A DNA stretch of 64,000 nt, taken from assembly GCA_037444485.1 (NCBI GenBank), contig JBBIMI010000001.1:1-64000 (forward strand), written 5' to 3'. This document shows positions 49,315 to 58,786 of this stretch, piece after piece. The translations under genes were made by a program, and so were the position numbers. The DNA comes from Candidatus Micrarchaeota archaeon. GTDB lineage: Archaea; Micrarchaeota; Micrarchaeia; Norongarragalinales; Norongarragalinaceae. How positions within the stretch are numbered: position 1 is the first letter of the stretch; every line of letters begins with the position of its first letter. Below the pieces are notes generated by a model. It saw nothing but the letters and a program-made list of their open reading frames with translations, was not told where the DNA came from and made no database searches.

Positions 49315-50460
49315 CTATAGGCGGTTCACTATTTTCTCGAACTCTTCGCGGGCTTTACGCTTTGATTCAGCTTCAATTTCAGAAACCCACTTGCCCGCGT
49401 ATTCGCCTGAAGGCTTGGCGTAAACGTCAGGGTGCGCGTAATGCAAGACGAGTTGAGCTGCTTGATTCGCTTTTTCCTTGCTTATTGAAGAAATCATTTT
49501 TTTAGAATCTTTAGGAATGTTTTCCTTAATTTTTTCAGAAAACTCTTCCAATCCAGGGTAGCCGTGATTCAACCCAAATTCTAGGAGTTCGTCCTCTGAT
49601 TCGAAGTTGAAGTGTTTTATCAAGCTGTAGTAAACGTCTTCCTCCATTTTTCGCATTCTGTTAACTTCACTCACCAATTCTGGCGGGTAGTCTGAAGCAG
49701 TTTTCTTTGCTCTAATCCTCAGCAGCGACTCCAGCAGGAAAGCGAGTTTTTTAGTATCAGCGACAGTGAATTTTCTTTCCTCTCGCATACCCAAAAGTTT
49801 TTCGACGAAAGGCTTCATTTCTAGATCGGTATCGTGTCTTTTTCCAGCTACGAATTCCGCTCGTCTTTTCACTACTGTAGCGCCGAGTCCTTCAGGCCCC
49901 TTGTCACCCCAAGTCAAGCCAAGCAATACTATTTTCTCTAACAAGGGCTTGTTCTCGTCCTCTAATTTTTCTCTTATTTTTTCTAACGACAACTCGTTGT
50001 CTTGAATGGCTTTCGTAATTGCATTGAATTCAGAATCGGTTAAGAACGTCAACCCAGTTTCATCCTCCTTGATTTTTCCTTCACGAATTTGCTTCAACCA
50101 CGCGCTCCTGCGCTTTTCAAGCAGTCTTACAGTCTTGAAACCGTCAGACTGACTTAATGCAGACAATCCGGTTTTTCCAGTTTCTCCCGCTCGCCTTATT
50201 AAATCGTGAACAATCGCGGCAATTCCAGCCAAGTTCGCTAAAGCCTTTACGGAATCAGAATTCAAGCGTTGCTTGCGCGCGTTTTCTTCAGCGACCCGCA
50301 TTGCTTCTAAAGCAGCTGGATAAACGTGGTCCCGCGCGTGAGCGGGCTCTCGCCCGCCGCTCTTTTCAAGAGTATCGTAGGCTTTGTTGAAGTACGAAAA
50401 AACTTTTTTTAAAGCCTTGGTTGTCCGTTTTCTCGCTTCACTCGGGTTTTCAAACACCAT
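49315..50460 (-). CDS. Divergent HD-domain protein
   Basis: HARDHVYP, AAIVHDLIR, GDK..., RRAEF. Confidence 0.6.
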   Translation of the reverse strand: MVFENPSEARKRTTKALKKVFSYFNKAYDTLEKSGGREPAHARDHVYPAALEAMRVAEENARKQRLNSDSVKALANLAGIAAIVHDLIRRAGETGKTGLSALSQSDGFKTVRLLEKRRSAWLKQIREGKIKEDETGLTFLTDSEFNAITKAIQDNELSLEKIREKLEDENKPLLEKIVLLGLTWGDKGPEGLGATVVKRRAEFVAGKRHDTDLEMKPFVEKLLGMREERKFTVADTKKLAFLLESLLRIRAKKTASDYPPELVSEVNRMRKMEEDVYYSLIKHFNFESEDELLEFGLNHGYPGLEEFSEKIKENIPKDSKKMISSISKEKANQAAQLVLHYAHPDVYAKPSGEYAGKWVSEIEAESKRKAREEFEKIVNRL

Positions 50461-50674
50461 GAATTAAATTTGAGTAAACTGATTTTATAAACGTTTACGC
50501 AATAAACGTTTGCGTATTGGCTCGCATACAGATTATTGTTTTAAACAATTTTTTCAAGAAACAGGAAACAATTTTTTTCAACAATTTTTTTTCAATAAAT
50601 ATTTTTTCAACAAACAAAGAACAATTATTTTTAAAACAAGAATAATTATTTTCAACAAGTAGTGGGAAAAACGA

Positions 50675-51757
50675 ATGGCGAACAATTTCGTAAAAATAAT
50701 TGCGAGCGCGCCGAACAAAATTCATGTTGCTGGCGAGCACAGCGTCGTTTACGGTGGAATAGCTTTAATCGCTCCAGTTGAAGTGGATGAAAAACGCAAC
50801 GTTGTGGAATTAATCGCTGAACCCGGCCAGCCTCAGCTAGAGTTTATAGGAAAAGGTTACGGAAAAACCGGGAGGGCAGTACTGCATGCTGACGGGACGA
50901 TGAACGGGGACAACGAATGGAAGCCGATGCTTGAAGTAGCGCAACACGTTTTAGAAGACTGCGAAAAAAACTTGAAAGACTTGAATACTAGTATAACCGC
51001 TGAACGGTTTTTCAGTGGTGCGCCGAAAGGAACAGGCAATTCAGCTTCAATTCCAGCAGCATTCGCTTCCGCGTTATACGCGTTTTTGGGAAAAAAACCA
51101 AGCAAGCAAGAACTTTACGATGCGGCTTTCATTGCGGACAACGCGTGGCATGGCGGAAAGTCAAGCGGTGGAGACGTGCAAGCAGTAATTTCGAACCATC
51201 CACAAAAATTCTGGAGAGAATTCACTCGAAAAGGCGTAAAACCACGTTACCAAGACTTTAGTGGAACGCTTCCGAAAAACACTGTTTTAGTGTTAATAGA
51301 TTCTTTCAGGGGTGTTGGAGAGAAATCCACTACGGCGCTCCAAATCGAGAAATTCGCTGCAGCTAACGGAATAACTAGAAAACCTTTCGAATTAACTGAA
51401 CAGGAAAGAAAAAAAATATGTAAGCCTTACGATGAAGTCATCGAAAAAATAGAAAGCGAAATGCGTTTTGACGGAAACCCTGAAAAACTCGGGGCATACT
51501 TCAACGAAAACCACGAGTTACTGAAAAAATCAAATGTTTCAAGTCCAGACATTGAAGAAGCTATTTCAGTAAGCAAGCGAAACGGCGCTCTAGGAGCGAA
51601 ACTAATCGGCGCCGGAGGCGTTGGGGGGGCAGTCATAGCCCTCTGCATGCGAGAAAAAACGCGTTTAATAACGAATGCGCTTGCGGAAAAAAAATTTAAT
51701 AGTTGGACGGTCAAATTCGCTGAAAAAGGAGCTTGCGTGGATTCGATGCAAAAATGA
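50675..51757 (+). CDS. mvk: Mevalonate kinase
   Basis: SAPNKIHVAGEHSVVYG, KGTGNSAS, HGGKSSGGD, GAKLIGAGGVGG. Confidence 0.85.
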   Translation: MANNFVKIIASAPNKIHVAGEHSVVYGGIALIAPVEVDEKRNVVELIAEPGQPQLEFIGKGYGKTGRAVLHADGTMNGDNEWKPMLEVAQHVLEDCEKNLKDLNTSITAERFFSGAPKGTGNSASIPAAFASALYAFLGKKPSKQELYDAAFIADNAWHGGKSSGGDVQAVISNHPQKFWREFTRKGVKPRYQDFSGTLPKNTVLVLIDSFRGVGEKSTTALQIEKFAAANGITRKPFELTEQERKKICKPYDEVIEKIESEMRFDGNPEKLGAYFNENHELLKKSNVSSPDIEEAISVSKRNGALGAKLIGAGGVGGAVIALCMREKTRLITNALAEKKFNSWTVKFAEKGACVDSMQK

Positions 51758-51805
51758 TATTTTGGATGGAGTCAAGTGATGGGCTCGTATTAAAATAATA
51801 GTAAT

Positions 51806-52514
51806 ATGAAAATGAAAACTTTTGTTATAGGCGTTGACGAAGCGGGCAGATTGCAATAACTCAAGTTATTGCAAGCCAAAAGGACCCGTCATCGGCCCAC
51901 TAGTAGTCTGCGCTTTCGCCGCGCCAGAGTCTTCGCTTTCTTCACTCAAGAGCGCGGGTGTCAAGGATTCTAAGTTGCTGACGCCTGAAAAGCGCGAGGC
52001 GCTCGCGCGCGAGTTGCGCGCGTTTCCGCACGCCCTCGCCGTCGTCACCGCGCGGGAAATTACTGAGGAAATGGCGCGCAAGGTTTCATTGAATGAAGTG
52101 GAAGCGCGCTTCATGGCTAGCGTGATTCAAGCAGTCGTAGAGAAAGTTGGTTTCGAGAACGTGGCGCGAATCATGGTTGATTCTCCTGACCCGACTACAG
52201 TAAAGTTTAAAGCGCGGTTGCGCAAGTATTACGACGCTGATTCGAAAGTTCATTGCGAACACAAGGCGGACTTGCGTTATACTGAAGTAGGCGCTGCTTC
52301 AATTCTAGCGAAAGTCTTGCGCGACGCTGAAGTCGCTAAAATCAAGGAGTTGTTCGGTGAAGACTTTGGAACAGGGTATAGTCACGATGCGGCGACGATC
52401 GCATTCCTGAAAAAACACTTGCGTGACCCGCGGCTCACGGAATTCGTGCGGTGGAAGTGGAGCACCGCAAAAAAATTGAGGGTCACGCAGTTAGAGTTAA
52501 ACAAATTCCTATAA
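51806..52514 (+). CDS. rnhB: Ribonuclease HII, interrupted by a 31-nt insertion (exons 51806..51849 and 51881..52514)
   Basis: Exon 1 MKMKTFVIGVDEAGR joins exon 2 GPVIGPLVVC...GVKDSKLLT...HKAD...AASILAKV.RD...GTGY. Confidence 0.9.
51850..51880 (+). other. Putative BHB-type intron in rnhB
   Basis: A-TTGCAATAAC-TCAA-GTTATTGCAA-GCCAAA; perfect 10-bp hairpin; removal restores frame and the DEAGRGP motif. Confidence 0.75.
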
Positions 52515-52569
52515 ACTTTAGGATTCTGTAACTTTAGAATTAAGTGAGTATAAATTTAAGATTAAGCAG

Positions 52570-53286
52570 TTAAGCTGGAATGCTTTCAGCGCTTGCCGTG
52601 GTCTGCTCGCCAGTTGGTTCACCTTCTTCCGCGCCTTCCTTCACGCTGGCAGCAGCTTCCGCGTTCTCCACGCTTTCCGCACTTTCTAGCTGCTGGGCTT
52701 CTGTAATGTCGAATTCTTCGTACAACTCGCTCTTGTAAACCTCGACGCGGCGCAGCGGCATGAATTTCTTGAGCTTGCCGTAAAGCTCTGTTCCCGCCTT
52801 GCCCCAAAGCACTTCTTGAATGAATTTACCGAATTCCTGTCTCGCGGCTTTCTTCTTCAACTCGCTCGCCAACGCGTTGCGTAAAAGCCGTTTTTGCGTT
52901 TCGCTGCAAGGAACGTTCGTGACTATGAGGACTTTGACCGTAAAATCGATTCCGTCACTCGATTTTACTGGCAGGATTACGCGCAACGCTTCCCTGCGCC
53001 TGCGCACTAGAGTGCTCAAGTACTCGCGCGCGATCTCGTGGCCAATGAATTTCGTGAATGCGGTGCGTCCCTTGATTTCGCTGACGCGCAAGCGAATGTT
53101 TACGTAAACGTGACTCAAGTCATGAGTCACTTCACGCAATGGAAGCGTGATTACGCGGTTCATTAAGTGTTGCTCGTCGCTGGCAGGCACTCGCGCGACT
53201 TCCACTTCACCCAAGAATTTTGGTGCAATAATCGCGTACCAAGATTTGGTGCGCCAAGTGTCAACCGGTTTTTTGGTTACAACCAA
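52570..53286 (-). CDS. rps3ae: 30S ribosomal protein S3Ae
   Basis: DTWRTKSWY.IIAPKF, T.FIGHE..REY...LVRRR, PLRRVEV.KSE. Confidence 0.93.
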   Translation of the reverse strand: MVVTKKPVDTWRTKSWYAIIAPKFLGEVEVARVPASDEQHLMNRVITLPLREVTHDLSHVYVNIRLRVSEIKGRTAFTKFIGHEIAREYLSTLVRRRREALRVILPVKSSDGIDFTVKVLIVTNVPCSETQKRLLRNALASELKKKAARQEFGKFIQEVLWGKAGTELYGKLKKFMPLRRVEVYKSELYEEFDITEAQQLESAESVENAEAAASVKEGAEEGEPTGEQTTASAESIPA

Positions 53287-53305
53287 ATAAAAACACCTTC
53301 AACCT

Positions 53306-53758
53306 TCACTTGACTAATAGAGCTGCTTCCTCTGGAACGTAACTCCAGTCAGCTGGAATCTTTTTGCCGCGGTAATAACGCACAAGCCGCCTGATTTTTG
53401 ACTCGACGTGCGCGAGCTTCACCTTATTCTGCACGTCGCGCGGGTTTTGCTTCAAGTGCTTACGCAAGCCAACCGCGGCGCGAATCAAGTCCATCAAGTC
53501 GCTAGGGTACTTCGGCCCAAGGTTTTTTTCCTTCAAAAAAGCGCTGATGCTTTGTCCTAAAACAAGCTTCGCGTTCGGCACACCGTACTGGTCGCGCAAC
53601 ACTACTCCAATTCTCGCTTCAGTCTCGCCCTCGCGCGCAAGTTTTTCAATAACTGTTTCCACTTCTTTTTTTGAAGCCCGAATCCAGCCTACACTCCGCT
53701 TGCCGACTGGCTTGTGTGAGCTCGACTTTCCCTTCTTCCGCGTATGCAACCTAGCCAA
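53306..53758 (-). CDS. rps15: 30S ribosomal protein S15
   Basis: MARLHTRKKGKS.S, IG..LRDQYGVP, P.DL..LI..AV.LRKHL, ESKIRRLVRYY. Confidence 0.95.
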   Translation of the reverse strand: MARLHTRKKGKSSSHKPVGKRSVGWIRASKKEVETVIEKLAREGETEARIGVVLRDQYGVPNAKLVLGQSISAFLKEKNLGPKYPSDLMDLIRAAVGLRKHLKQNPRDVQNKVKLAHVESKIRRLVRYYRGKKIPADWSYVPEEAALLVK

Positions 53759-53875
53759 ATAAACAACTCCTTAAACAAAGAATCGAATTTGTTTTCAAAA
53801 GAAAAGAATTCGACGTTTTCCACTTCACTAAAAATTTTGCGGGAACGACTATAAAAACCTTTTATTCGAAACCTT

Positions 53876-56254
53876 TTATTCGAACACTTTCACAGAAAAC
53901 TCTTTCTCGCTGCGCTTTACTTCGACAACCCTTGCCTTCGCAATAACCTTGATTTCGTCAACAACGTCAGCCAACAAACGCGCTTCCTCTATTCCGACGC
54001 CGACTTCAACGCACTCTACAGGTGCATTCAACGCGAGTCCCTTCGCTGCCTTGAACTTGCGCGTTTCACTCAACACTAAATGCATCAAGTCCACTGTTTT
54101 TTTAACGCTCGCGTCGCAAACTCGTTTCGGTTCAGGCCACCCCTGTACATGCAGACTCTCGCCGCGCTTTGCGAACAACTGCGAATAAATTTCTTCAGTA
54201 GTGTAAGGTGCGAAAGGCGCGAGCAGCTTGAGAGTAGTTTCAAGAACTTCACGTAATGCGTGCTGTGCGCCGCGTTTTGACTCTGCGTCAGCGCCGTAAA
54301 TCCTGTGCTTGACGTCTTCCAAGTAGTAATCGCAGAACGAGTGCCAAAAGAACGACTGCACTGCAGTAATCGCGGCATAGTAATCGAATTCCTCCATTGC
54401 TTTAGTCGCGATGCGAATAGTCTCGCTTAACTCGCCGAGAATCCACTTGTCAACGATGCTTTCTTTCGCTTTCGCACTCGCGTCAAAGCCTTCTAGAGCC
54501 TTTTCCACGAATTTGGAGGCGTTCCATAACTTCGTCAAAAAAGATTGCGCGAAATCAATGTCCTTCCAACTAAACACGACGTCTTTTCCAGTGCGTCCAC
54601 TTAAGGCAGTCCACTGGCGTAACGCATCAACGCTAGCGCGTTTTATTACGTCCTTCGCTTCAACGTAATTGCCGAGCGACTTACTCATTTTCTTGCCGTC
54701 AACACCTAAAACCATTCCATTCACGAGCACTGTCCCGAAAGCAGGTTTGCCTGTAAGCGCCAAGCAACGGTAAATAGTGTAAAACGCCCAAGTGCGAATA
54801 ATGTCGGTTCCCTGCGGCCGAAGCGAAACCGGAAAAAAACGCTTGAACTTCTCCTCGTCACGCGTCCAGCCTGAAATCACGAGCGGGGTGACGCTCGAGT
54901 CAACCCAACCGTCGCAAACGCTTTCCTCGCCGGCAAGCGAACCGCCGCAAGAACACTTCGCGCGAGGCGGCGCGTCAACAGTCGGGTCTACCGGCAACGC
55001 GTTTTCTTTTTGCGCAAATACTTTGCCGCATTTTACGCAATACCAAAAAGGAATCGGAATGCCGAAAGCCCTCTGGCGCGAAATGCACCAATCCCATTCG
55101 AGTGCGTCAACCCAATCCAGCAATAACTGCCGCGAGTGTTCGGGAATCCAACGCATTTCCCCGCTCGCTTTTTTTACTTCTTGTTTGAAGTTGGATAACT
55201 TGGCAAACCACTGCGTGGACTCGATGAACTCGACTGCGTGCTTGCAGCGGTCGTGAATCTTTACAGTCTGCTTTAAAGCCTCTGTTTTTTTCAACAAACC
55301 TTTTTCTGCAAGCTTGCCAACGATTTTCTCGCGCGCTTGAACAACAGTCAATCCGTCTAGCTCGCCTGCGTTCGCGAGTTCACCCCGCTCGTTCATCGCC
55401 TTTATTATAGGCAGCTTGTGACGGTAAGCCCAGACAACGTCAGTCTTGTCTCCGAAAGTGCACACCATCACGGCGCCTGTTCCGAAATTCGGGTCCACGT
55501 CAGAATCCGCCAAGATTTTTACAGTTTTTCCAAACAAAGGCGTAGTCAACGTTTTTCCAACGAATTGCTTGAAACGCTCGTCGCCGGGGTTGACGAGAAC
55601 CGCAACGCAAGCGTGCAGCAATTCTGGGCGCGTGGTCGCGATCTGGAACGCTTTTCCATCGACAGTCTTGAAGTCGATAAAGTAAAGCACTGAATCCCGC
55701 TCTATTTCCTCAGTCTCCGCCTTCGCAATCGCGCTTGCGCACTTCGTACACCACAAGACCGGGTGCCTAGCGCGGTAAACCAGTTTTTTTTCGAACATCT
55801 TTAATAAAGAGTATTGAACTAGTTTCTTGTACTCGGCGCTCGTCGTGAAGTACTCTGACCGCCAGTCGATGCTGAAACCCATCAACTTCATCTGCGGCCG
55901 AATTGAAGCGATGTTAGCGTTCGTCCACTCTAGACACTTTTCGCGAAACTCTTTCTTCGGCAAACGCCCGTACTTCGCTTCAACCTTCACTTCAGTAGGA
56001 AAACCGTGGCAATCCCAACCCTGCGGAAAGAAAACATTGAAGCCCCGCATGCGCTTGAAGCGCGCTGCGAAATCGATGTAACACCAGTTTAACACGCTGC
56101 CTGTATGGAACTCGCCGGTTGGGAAAGGCGGGGGAGTGTCTATCACGAAAACAGGTTTTTTCGAATCAAAGTAATCGAACTCGTGAATCTTTTTTTCCTC
56201 CCAAACCTTCAACCATTTTTCTTGAATTTTTTCGTGAACGAGTTTATCAAGCAC
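53876..56254 (-). CDS. valS: Valine--tRNA ligase
   Basis: IDTPPPFPTGEFHTG, GWDCHG.PTE, ATTRPELL, WCISRQR, QGTDIIRTWAF, KMSKSLGN. Confidence 0.95.
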   Translation of the reverse strand: MLDKLVHEKIQEKWLKVWEEKKIHEFDYFDSKKPVFVIDTPPPFPTGEFHTGSVLNWCYIDFAARFKRMRGFNVFFPQGWDCHGFPTEVKVEAKYGRLPKKEFREKCLEWTNANIASIRPQMKLMGFSIDWRSEYFTTSAEYKKLVQYSLLKMFEKKLVYRARHPVLWCTKCASAIAKAETEEIERDSVLYFIDFKTVDGKAFQIATTRPELLHACVAVLVNPGDERFKQFVGKTLTTPLFGKTVKILADSDVDPNFGTGAVMVCTFGDKTDVVWAYRHKLPIIKAMNERGELANAGELDGLTVVQAREKIVGKLAEKGLLKKTEALKQTVKIHDRCKHAVEFIESTQWFAKLSNFKQEVKKASGEMRWIPEHSRQLLLDWVDALEWDWCISRQRAFGIPIPFWYCVKCGKVFAQKENALPVDPTVDAPPRAKCSCGGSLAGEESVCDGWVDSSVTPLVISGWTRDEEKFKRFFPVSLRPQGTDIIRTWAFYTIYRCLALTGKPAFGTVLVNGMVLGVDGKKMSKSLGNYVEAKDVIKRASVDALRQWTALSGRTGKDVVFSWKDIDFAQSFLTKLWNASKFVEKALEGFDASAKAKESIVDKWILGELSETIRIATKAMEEFDYYAAITAVQSFFWHSFCDYYLEDVKHRIYGADAESKRGAQHALREVLETTLKLLAPFAPYTTEEIYSQLFAKRGESLHVQGWPEPKRVCDASVKKTVDLMHLVLSETRKFKAAKGLALNAPVECVEVGVGIEEARLLADVVDEIKVIAKARVVEVKRSEKEFSVKVFE

Positions 56255-56345
56255 TTCAATCCACTCGAACGCTCCGAGAAAAAAACAAAAAACGGCGACT
56301 AGAAAACGCAGAAATGGGAGAACTGCTGCGTGGTTGACGTTTTTC

Positions 56346-56516
56346 CTACTTCTTTTTGAAGCGCGCGGTCCACTTCAAGCGCGACGGATTGCGTTTCAAC
56401 GCCGCGTTCTTCTCGCACTTTCTTGAACAGTAACGCACTGCAGACCCGTCTTTCTTGAACAACGTGACTCCGAAACCTGCTTGAATCTCTTTCCCGCAAA
56501 AACTACATGACGCCAT
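56346..56516 (-). CDS. rpl24e: 50S ribosomal protein L24e
   Basis: MASCSFCGKEIQAGFGVTLFKKDGSAVRYCSRKCEKNAALKRNPSRLKWTARFKKK*; 56 aa, absent from the ORF track. Confidence 0.93.
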   Translation of the reverse strand: MASCSFCGKEIQAGFGVTLFKKDGSAVRYCSRKCEKNAALKRNPSRLKWTARFKKK

Positions 56517-56615
56517 TAACCTTTCAACCTTTTCCGTTCTTCAACCCTTTCCGCTCGCTAGCTCCAGCTTGCTAACTCTATTCGCTAGCGCTCACTAGCT
56601 CCAGTTTGCAGTCCT

Positions 56616-56975
56616 TCATTTTTTTTCTTGCTTTTTCTGCTTCAACGGACGCGCTTCCCGCTCCGTCTCTAACAACATCAACACGTCTCCCTTTTTTACA
56701 GGTCCTTTAAGGTTCCTGCGAATAACGCGGCCCTTGTCGCGGCCTTCAAGCACTTTAACCATCACTTGCTTGACTTCACCGAAAACGCCTGTCCTGCCAA
56801 TGATTTCGACGACTTGCGCCGGAAAACCTTCAAACGCGCCGGCTGCAGCCTGTTGCGCTTGACGTGGTTCGAATGTTTTCTTACCCTCGTTTTTCGAAGC
56901 ACGCTCTAAAGCTTCCTTCTCCGCTTTTTTCTCGATGCTCTTTATTTTAGTCTTGCCGCCCAACTGCAAAACCAC
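56616..56975 (-). CDS. rps28e: 30S ribosomal protein S28e (N-terminally extended)
   Basis: [52 protein letters not shown]. Confidence 0.93.
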   Translation of the reverse strand: MVLQLGGKTKIKSIEKKAEKEALERASKNEGKKTFEPRQAQQAAAGAFEGFPAQVVEIIGRTGVFGEVKQVMVKVLEGRDKGRVIRRNLKGPVKKGDVLMLLETEREARPLKQKKQEKK

Positions 56976-57077
56976 CTAAATCCAAAAAATTTTCAAAAAG
57001 ATTTTCAAAAAAAACGATAAAACGATAAAACGAACGATAAAAATTATTCCTAAAAAATTTTCCTAAAAAACAAAAAA

Positions 57078-57572
57078 TTAAGCTACTTCTTTTTCTTCAA
57101 CTTTTTCTTCCTTAACTTTTTCTTCTTTCGCTTTCTTCGCTGCTGGCTTCACTGTTTTTTTCGCTTCCTTTTTTTCCGCGCCAGCAGCGCCTGCGCTTGC
57201 GCTTGCAGTAGCTTCTTTCGGTAGTTCTGAAATTATTTCCTTGACTAGCGCTTCAGCGTTGCCTAGCTTCGTGATAGCGATTGCAGCTGTTGGAACGCTT
57301 AAGCCAGCCGCCTTGCCGAGGCTCGCTTTCTCGGGAGTGAAAGCGTAAGGCACGCGTTTCTCGACGCAAAGCATCGGCAAGTGCATGACTATTTCCTCCG
57401 GGTCGACGTCTTCAGCGATTACGACGAACTTCGCGTCCCCGCGTTCTATTGCCTTCGTAGCTTCGTTAGTGCCTTTGCGCACTTTACCAGTGTTTCTCGC
57501 TTCCTCTACAGCCTCGAGAATCTTGTTTTTCAAGCTCGCTGGAGTCTGAAAATTTACGTAAGACTTTGCCAT
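57078..57572 (-). CDS. rpl7ae: 50S ribosomal protein L7Ae
   Basis: [40 protein letters not shown]. Confidence 0.95.
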   Translation of the reverse strand: MAKSYVNFQTPASLKNKILEAVEEARNTGKVRKGTNEATKAIERGDAKFVVIAEDVDPEEIVMHLPMLCVEKRVPYAFTPEKASLGKAAGLSVPTAAIAITKLGNAEALVKEIISELPKEATASASAGAAGAEKKEAKKTVKPAAKKAKEEKVKEEKVEEKEVA

Positions 57573-57776
57573 TCTCATCACCTCGACGCATTGAAAACGC
57601 GTTCACTGATTCGAAGCAAAACCGAATACGAAAAAAAGTAGTTTTGCGACAAGATTTTTGTGTGAGAACCAATTTAAATACGTTTTGCATTAATAGAAAA
57701 AAAATAAGATGAGAAAACGGAAAAGAAGATGAAAAAAAATAAAAAAAATTTTCTGTTCGGGGGGAGTGCATTTAAG

Positions 57777-58775
57777 TTGAAAAAAAAGTTTTCGGTTTTA
57801 ATCGTTTTCTCGATTGCTGGAATAATCTTGTTTGGCTGCGTTTCGCAACCGCAAGCACCTGCTAGTGCTGGCGCTGCAAACGAACGACTAGAAGCAAGCG
57901 TTGCAAAAATCGAGAATAGAATCAGTGCTTTAGAAAGCCGGTTGTCGATGCTCGAAAACGCTTTCGCTAAAAAATTGCTTGAACTCGGCGTTCCTCTGCG
58001 TTTTTACTATGACTCGAGCTGCGCGTTCTGCGCGAATGCTGATTACGTTAGCATGGCTGCTGGCTTGATAGACAGGCTTAAAGACCAAGGAATCCAGCTT
58101 GAAATCATTGACGTGAAAGGAAACTTCACGCAGCCCAACGCCCTTGGACTCAAACGCTTGCCTGCGTTTTACGCACCTGCATTCGCGCTTGCGAAAAGCA
58201 AGGAGTTAAGCGAGTTTTTCAAGACTCTTGAAGAAAACCGTTTTACGATAATCAACGCGGTGAACGGCTTGGCTGCGTTGACTAACGACGCAAGCGAACT
58301 CGTTGGCGGCGATTGCAACCTCGGCGATGGAAAAGTGCGGTTACGCGAATTCTATTCAGAAACATGCGCGTTTTGCGTGCGCATGAACTACGCTAACGGC
58401 ACAGAATACAATCCGAAAAACAATCCGCGTTACGCTAGCGTTTCCAGCGAAGCGGTTGAAGAAGTCAACAAGGCGCTTGGAGATAAAATAATTTACGAAA
58501 AATTCTGTATTCTACTGCATACCGCGCCGGACAACCTGCGACTCATCGGCGTAAACAAAAGCGATGACGAACTTTGCGCCGCGAAGTACTCGCGCGAGGA
58601 ACTCGATAAAGCGAATTCGCTTGCAAGCGATTACGCAATTCAAAGCGCGCCGTTCTTCGTGGTAGACTGCAAGTACGTCTTCAACGCTGTGACTGCAGAC
58701 AAACTCAAGAAAAACATTTGCGCGGTACGCCCCGACATCTGCAGCAGCGTCAACAACACGAATTCGAGTAGTTGA
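57777..58775 (+). CDS. Lipoprotein with two thioredoxin-like CxxC domains
   Basis: LFGC lipobox; FYYDSSCAFC and FYSETCAFC; SAPFFVVDCKY; start inferred. Confidence 0.65.
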   Translation: MKKKFSVLIVFSIAGIILFGCVSQPQAPASAGAANERLEASVAKIENRISALESRLSMLENAFAKKLLELGVPLRFYYDSSCAFCANADYVSMAAGLIDRLKDQGIQLEIIDVKGNFTQPNALGLKRLPAFYAPAFALAKSKELSEFFKTLEENRFTIINAVNGLAALTNDASELVGGDCNLGDGKVRLREFYSETCAFCVRMNYANGTEYNPKNNPRYASVSSEAVEEVNKALGDKIIYEKFCILLHTAPDNLRLIGVNKSDDELCAAKYSREELDKANSLASDYAIQSAPFFVVDCKYVFNAVTADKLKKNICAVRPDICSSVNNTNSSS

Positions 58776-58786
58776 GAGTTAACCGC

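Noticed and set aside
51834..52514. ORF-track version of RNase HII beginning MTKRADCNNS
   Set aside because: Lacks the catalytic DEAGR, which lies upstream in another frame; the N-terminus is an artefact of the insertion
56299..56499. 66-aa ORF from the track
   Set aside because: Wrong frame; the true gene is rpl24e at 56346..56516
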